From a virus (lineage: Duplodnaviria > Caudoviricetes): DNA of 51,734 nucleotides. The notes under the pieces were generated by a model. The model had not been told where the DNA came from. It worked only from the letters and a program-made list of their open reading frames with translations, and searched no databases. Position 1 is the first letter of the stretch. Each line of letters starts with the position of its first letter. The stretch spans positions 1 to 51,734 of IMG/VR virus record IMGVR_UViG_3300046778_000197; one strand, 5' to 3'. Of the stretch, positions 47,675 to 51,734 are shown piece after piece. The translations under genes were made by a program, and so were the position numbers.

Positions 47675-47798
47675 ACAAGGGTATAATAAATTCTTTACTA
47701 AGAATAAAGAGGGTATTAAATTACAAGAACAATTTACTTATGATAAAACAGTAGATTATATCCTTGATAAAATTGAAAAAGATTTGATTAAGGAATAA
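47661..47798 (+). pseudogene. Orphan glycosyltransferase C-terminal fragment
   Basis: NKEGIKLQEQFTYDKTVDYIL aligns with NNNGLELQERTYKSALSEIL at the end of 46381-47502. Confidence 0.55.
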
Positions 47799-47800
47799 AA

Positions 47801-48190
47801 ATGCCACTTTACCTTTTTGAATATAAAGGAGAAATTCGAGAAATCCTATTAGGGATGAACGATAAGAAAGAATTTATTGATAAAGATGGAAATTCTTGGA
47901 ATCGTATCTTTGTTTCTCCAAATGCCGCAATAGATTCTGTTAATATAGATCCGTTTTCCGCCGCCGACTTCAACAAGAAGACAAATTCCAAAGGAACGAT
48001 CGGCGACCTTTTTGATAGGTCAAAAGAGATGAGTTTGAAAAGAAAAGACAAAGTGGGTGAAAAAGACCCTATCCAAGAAAAGTACTACCAAAATTATTCC
48101 AAAGAGCGAAATGGCGCCGTACATAATGACGTTCGTAAACGCAATCTCAAAGAGAAAATGAAAAAAAATAAGTGGTTCGATCTAAAATAG
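47801..48190 (+). CDS. FmdB-like hypothetical protein (lacks the Zn-binding Cys)
   Basis: MPLYLFE start; RIFVSPNA..DS..IDPFS. Confidence 0.55.
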   Translation: MPLYLFEYKGEIREILLGMNDKKEFIDKDGNSWNRIFVSPNAAIDSVNIDPFSAADFNKKTNSKGTIGDLFDRSKEMSLKRKDKVGEKDPIQEKYYQNYSKERNGAVHNDVRKRNLKEKMKKNKWFDLK

Positions 48191-48290
48191 AAAATCTTAC
48201 ACTTAATTTCTCCCCTCCTAATCTAAATTAGCTTCTTTCAAAATTTTCTTGCTTTAGAGTAGTTTGTAATGTAAAATATAGTTACAAAAT

Positions 48291-50717
48291 ATGGATAAAA
48301 CTTTCTCTTATAAAGATGCTTTAAAAGTATCTTTAGATTACTTTGATAATGATGATTTAGCGGCTAAAGTATTTGATGAAATATTGGAAGATTCTCCGAT
48401 TAAGATGCATAATAGAATTGCTACTGAATTAGCGAGAATAGAATCTAAGAAATTCAAAAATCCATTATCGAAAGAAGAAATATTCAATCTTTTAGACAAG
48501 TTTAAAAAGATAATTCCCCAGGGTAGCATGATGTTTGGAATAGGGAATTATTATCAATATGCAACATTAAGTAATTGTTATGTAATTAACCCCCCAACCG
48601 ATAGTTATGGTGGAATATGTAAAACAGATGAGCAATTAGTTCAAATAAGTAAAAGAAGGGGTGGAAACGGAGCAGATATTTCCCATATTAGACCATCTGG
48701 AATGATAGTCAAGAATTCATCGAGAACAACGACTGGAATCATTCCGTTTATGAGGAGGTTCTCTAACTCTATTAGAGAGGTCGGACAAGGAGGGAGACGT
48801 GGAGCCTTAATGCTTACAATCTCTATTCACCATCCACAAGTTTTAGATTTTACCTCCATTAAGAAAGATAAGAATGAAGTCACCGGAGCAAATATCTCTA
48901 TAAAGTTAACTGATGAATTTTTAAACGCTGTCGATAAAGATTTAGACTATGAACAAAGATGGCCAGTAGATAGTAAAAATCCCCAAATATCCATCAAGGT
49001 AAAAGCCAAAGATGTTTGGAAGGAAATTATTAAAAATGCTCATAACATGGCCGAACCGGGATTATTATTTTGGGATACGATTATCAAAGAAAGCCCGGCG
49101 GATTGTTATAAAGATTTTGGATTTGAAACTTCAAGTACTAATCCCTGTTCTGAGTTGCCTCTCAGTATTTTAGATTCTTGTCGTTTAATCGTCATTAATC
49201 TTTTATCATATGTAGAAAATCCATTCACAGATAAAGCAAAATTTAACTATGAATCTTTCTTTACTGATTCTAAAATAATGCAAAGATTAATTGATGATGC
49301 TATTGATTTAGAGTTGGAACATATTGATAGGATTATCGAAAAAATAAATAAAGACCCGGAATCAAAAGATGTCAAATCTAGAGAATTAGAACTATGGAAG
49401 ACCATTAGAGAAAATTGCTCTAACGGTCGCAGAACCGGAAGCGGAATCACTGCTCTTGGAGACACATTAGCCGCATTAAATATTAAATATGGATCAGAGG
49501 AATCATTCAAGAAGGTCAATAAAATTTATAAAACATTGAAGTTAGCTTGTTATTGGTCTTCCGTTGAAATGGCTAAAGAATTGGGCGCATTTCCAGTTTG
49601 GAATCATGATTTAGAAAAAAATAATCCGTTCTTGTTAAGAATTAAAGATGAGGATGAAGAATTATGGAAGGAAATGAAAAAATATGGACGAAGAAACATT
49701 TCAATTTTGACCACGGCACCAACCGGAACAGTTTCACTTTTAACGAAAACGACAAGCGGAATTGAGCCGTTATTTCAAGCCGGATATATTAGGAGAAAAA
49801 AAATAACTCACGAGGATAAAAATGTAAAAATTGATTTTATAGATAATGTGGGCGACAAGTGGCAAGAATTTATTGTTTATCACCCCCAAATATCTAATTG
49901 GATGGACATTACGAAGGAAGCTGATATTAAAAAGTCTCCATGGTATAACTGCTGCGCCGAAGATCTAAATTGGCCAGATAGAGTTAAATTACAATCTATA
50001 GCTCAAAAACATATTGATCACGCTATATCTTCAACCTTAAACTTACCAGAAAATGTTTCTATAGATAAAGTTGCGGAAATATATGAATCGGCATGGAAAA
50101 GTGGGTGTAAGGGAATAACTATCTATCGAAAAAATTGTAGAACTGGTGTCTTGGTTGATATAGACAAGAAAAAAGAAGACAAATTCATTAAATATAATGA
50201 TGCTCCAAAACGTCCAAGCGAAATAGATGGTAAATTGCATTTTTTTACAGTGAAAGGCGATAAATATTATGTTGGAATGGGGCTTATTAACGGTCAACCA
50301 TATGAAATATTCACTGGATTCAATAGAGACAAAAATCATGAATTTATCCCTAAAGATGCTAAAGAGGGACTAATTATTAAAAATGGTCGCGGAAATTATA
50401 TATTTAAAGATAAAATAACTCACGATGAATATAAATTAGATAATGGACATTCAGATGAGTCGGCAGAGGCTTTAACGAGATTAATTTCTTGTGCCTTAAG
50501 GCACGGAAGCTCTTTAAATTTCATTGTGCATCAATTGGAAAAGACCAAAGGAGATTTGACATCTTTCGCTAAATGTCTGGCTAGAACAATTAAGATATAT
50601 ATAGAAAATGGAGTCAAAATAACAGGAGAAAATTGCTCAAATTGTGGGGGAGATAATATCCAGAGGGATTCTGGATGTTACATATGTAAAGATTGTGGGA
50701 ATTCAAAATGTCAATGA
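48291..50717 (+). CDS. nrdJ: Class II (adenosylcobalamin-dependent) ribonucleotide reductase
   Basis: LSNCY, GRRGALM, TNPCSE, DSCRL, APTGT, TTSGIEP, GCKGITIYR and a C-terminal Zn-ribbon; no beta-subunit gene adjacent. Confidence 0.9.
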   Translation: MDKTFSYKDALKVSLDYFDNDDLAAKVFDEILEDSPIKMHNRIATELARIESKKFKNPLSKEEIFNLLDKFKKIIPQGSMMFGIGNYYQYATLSNCYVINPPTDSYGGICKTDEQLVQISKRRGGNGADISHIRPSGMIVKNSSRTTTGIIPFMRRFSNSIREVGQGGRRGALMLTISIHHPQVLDFTSIKKDKNEVTGANISIKLTDEFLNAVDKDLDYEQRWPVDSKNPQISIKVKAKDVWKEIIKNAHNMAEPGLLFWDTIIKESPADCYKDFGFETSSTNPCSELPLSILDSCRLIVINLLSYVENPFTDKAKFNYESFFTDSKIMQRLIDDAIDLELEHIDRIIEKINKDPESKDVKSRELELWKTIRENCSNGRRTGSGITALGDTLAALNIKYGSEESFKKVNKIYKTLKLACYWSSVEMAKELGAFPVWNHDLEKNNPFLLRIKDEDEELWKEMKKYGRRNISILTTAPTGTVSLLTKTTSGIEPLFQAGYIRRKKITHEDKNVKIDFIDNVGDKWQEFIVYHPQISNWMDITKEADIKKSPWYNCCAEDLNWPDRVKLQSIAQKHIDHAISSTLNLPENVSIDKVAEIYESAWKSGCKGITIYRKNCRTGVLVDIDKKKEDKFIKYNDAPKRPSEIDGKLHFFTVKGDKYYVGMGLINGQPYEIFTGFNRDKNHEFIPKDAKEGLIIKNGRGNYIFKDKITHDEYKLDNGHSDESAEALTRLISCALRHGSSLNFIVHQLEKTKGDLTSFAKCLARTIKIYIENGVKITGENCSNCGGDNIQRDSGCYICKDCGNSKCQ

Positions 50718-51151
50718 TACTTGGTAAATATTCATCTAAAGAATGGTGTAATAAGCTTAACGAAAGGCATTACTTAAAACCATTTTTGTCAACCTATCAT
50801 AAGCTTGTTCGTGGGGCTAAAAGAAAGTCTATTAAATGTGATTTGACTTATGAACAATTTTTAGCTTTTACTAAAATAAAAAACTGTTTTTATTGCAATA
50901 GAGACATACTATGGATACCGAACGGTAAAACTCATCGGTACAATTTAGATAGGAAAGATAATAAAATTGGATATTTAGAAGATAATCTTGTTGTTTGTTG
51001 CTGGGAATGCAACAATTTGAAGGGGAATAAAGTTAATTTTGAAGATTTTTGCATCTTGGGCAATTTTATACTGAAAGATAAAGACATGCCATATTGGTTA
51101 TGCAATTATTTACCTAATCAATTCATGAATTTAAATGGTTTAGATTATTAA
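50714..51151 (+). CDS. HNH-like (His-Cys) endonuclease
   Basis: CFYC...NLDRKDNKIGYLEDNLVVCCWECNNLKG; ATGA overlap with the nrdJ stop. Confidence 0.75.
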   Translation: MILGKYSSKEWCNKLNERHYLKPFLSTYHKLVRGAKRKSIKCDLTYEQFLAFTKIKNCFYCNRDILWIPNGKTHRYNLDRKDNKIGYLEDNLVVCCWECNNLKGNKVNFEDFCILGNFILKDKDMPYWLCNYLPNQFMNLNGLDY

Positions 51152-51187
51152 TTATTAAGTGTAAATAATAATACAATTTAATATATT

Positions 51188-51487
51188 ATGAATAAATCAG
51201 ATAATGAAAATGGCGATAGGGTCATTATTAGCGAAAGCACCCCGGTTAGAGTAGGACTTGTAGTAGCCTTCCTTAGCATTTTTGCAACTTCTATATGGTG
51301 GGCAAGCTCAATAAATTCAAAACTTGACTCTATATTGTCATTCCAATCTTCAATTAATAGTTCTATTTCAGAACTTAAAGCGTCCGATATAGTTTTTACT
51401 AAGGATTTGGCTGAGTTTAGGCTTAAATTAGCCTTAGACGAAGCCTCTATCAAAATGCTACAGGAAAAAGCTTCTCAGTCTCATTAA
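51188..51487 (+). CDS. Single-TM coiled-coil protein (holin-like candidate)
   Basis: Hydrophobic VGLVVAFLSIFATSIWWA followed by a coiled coil; upstream GTGTAAATA motif. Confidence 0.5.
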   Translation: MNKSDNENGDRVIISESTPVRVGLVVAFLSIFATSIWWASSINSKLDSILSFQSSINSSISELKASDIVFTKDLAEFRLKLALDEASIKMLQEKASQSH

Positions 51488-51524
51488 TCTCGATTTTGTT
51501 CATTTTGTGTAAATCTGTACACTT

Positions 51525-51734
51525 ATGGACTCTTTCAATCGTTTTAAACGCGATATATTCGTCGCTATTCTCTGTTTTGCCGTGCTTTTAGGCGGTTGCG
51601 CGTATTTCTCCCCGTCCGCCAAACAAACTCGCGCAGAAGTTAAGGTAGAGAAAACTAAGGCCGCGATTTTTACTTCAGAAGAAGAAATATTAAAAGAGGG
51701 TCGCGGCTATATTGCGGGAGCGGATTACGCCCTT
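51525..51734 (+). CDS. Lipoprotein (spanin-like candidate), 3'-truncated by the window
   Basis: MDSFNRFKRDIFVAILCFAVLLGG|C signal peptide with lipobox; open to the window end. Confidence 0.55.
   Translation, partial: MDSFNRFKRDIFVAILCFAVLLGGCAYFSPSAKQTRAEVKVEKTKAAIFTSEEEILKEGRGYIAGADYAL

Noticed and set aside
12788-50717. Inteins or group I introns in terL, dnaB, recA, dnaE, nrdJ
   Set aside because: Protein lengths are ordinary, no C...HN intein ends were seen, and the nucleases lie between genes rather than inside them.
2339-51453. Numerous antisense or nested track ORFs (for example 2339-2662, 9800-10279, 13998-14381, 20772-21098, 25383-25892, 50043-50339, 51178-51453)
   Set aside because: They are shadows of longer, motif-bearing genes on the other strand or frame.
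1-51734. Genome-wide TGA (or TAG) recoding
   Set aside because: Genes are full length in the standard code, and several end in TGA with ATGA overlaps (17962, 20132, 32158, 40860, 50714). Only dnaE has an internal TGA.

Overview
AT-rich 51.7 kb segment of a large tailed dsDNA phage, read in the standard genetic code. The left part is a virion/packaging module: 5'-truncated tape measure, beta-helix tail fibre, portal, terminase and an ERCC4 nuclease. The middle is a mostly minus-strand replication/modification module: two sigma factors, a Rad52/Sak-like protein, glycosyltransferases, a DnaE-type polymerase split into PHP, 3'-5' exonuclease and core genes, two DNA methyltransferases, DnaB and RecA. 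A 1.24 kb non-coding strand-switch region follows, then a glycosyltransferase, class II RNR and possible lysis genes. About eight free-standing homing-endonuclease-like genes are scattered through the window. Main observations: (1) a four-copy, sequence-divergent but structure-conserved pseudoknot-like RNA element, two copies heading HTH-repeat nuclease genes and two orphan copies in tandem; (2) a complete integron gene cassette between two attC sites inside a phage operon, with no integrase in the window; (3) a promoter-driven ~450 nt structured non-coding RNA candidate running into a cluster of GNA mini-hairpins (possible origin); (4) an in-frame TGA in dnaE plus apparent small deletions/frameshifts in other genes; (5) an IS607-like HTH fused to the portal N-terminus. 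All calls come from manual reading and motif recall; no database searches or folding programs were run.
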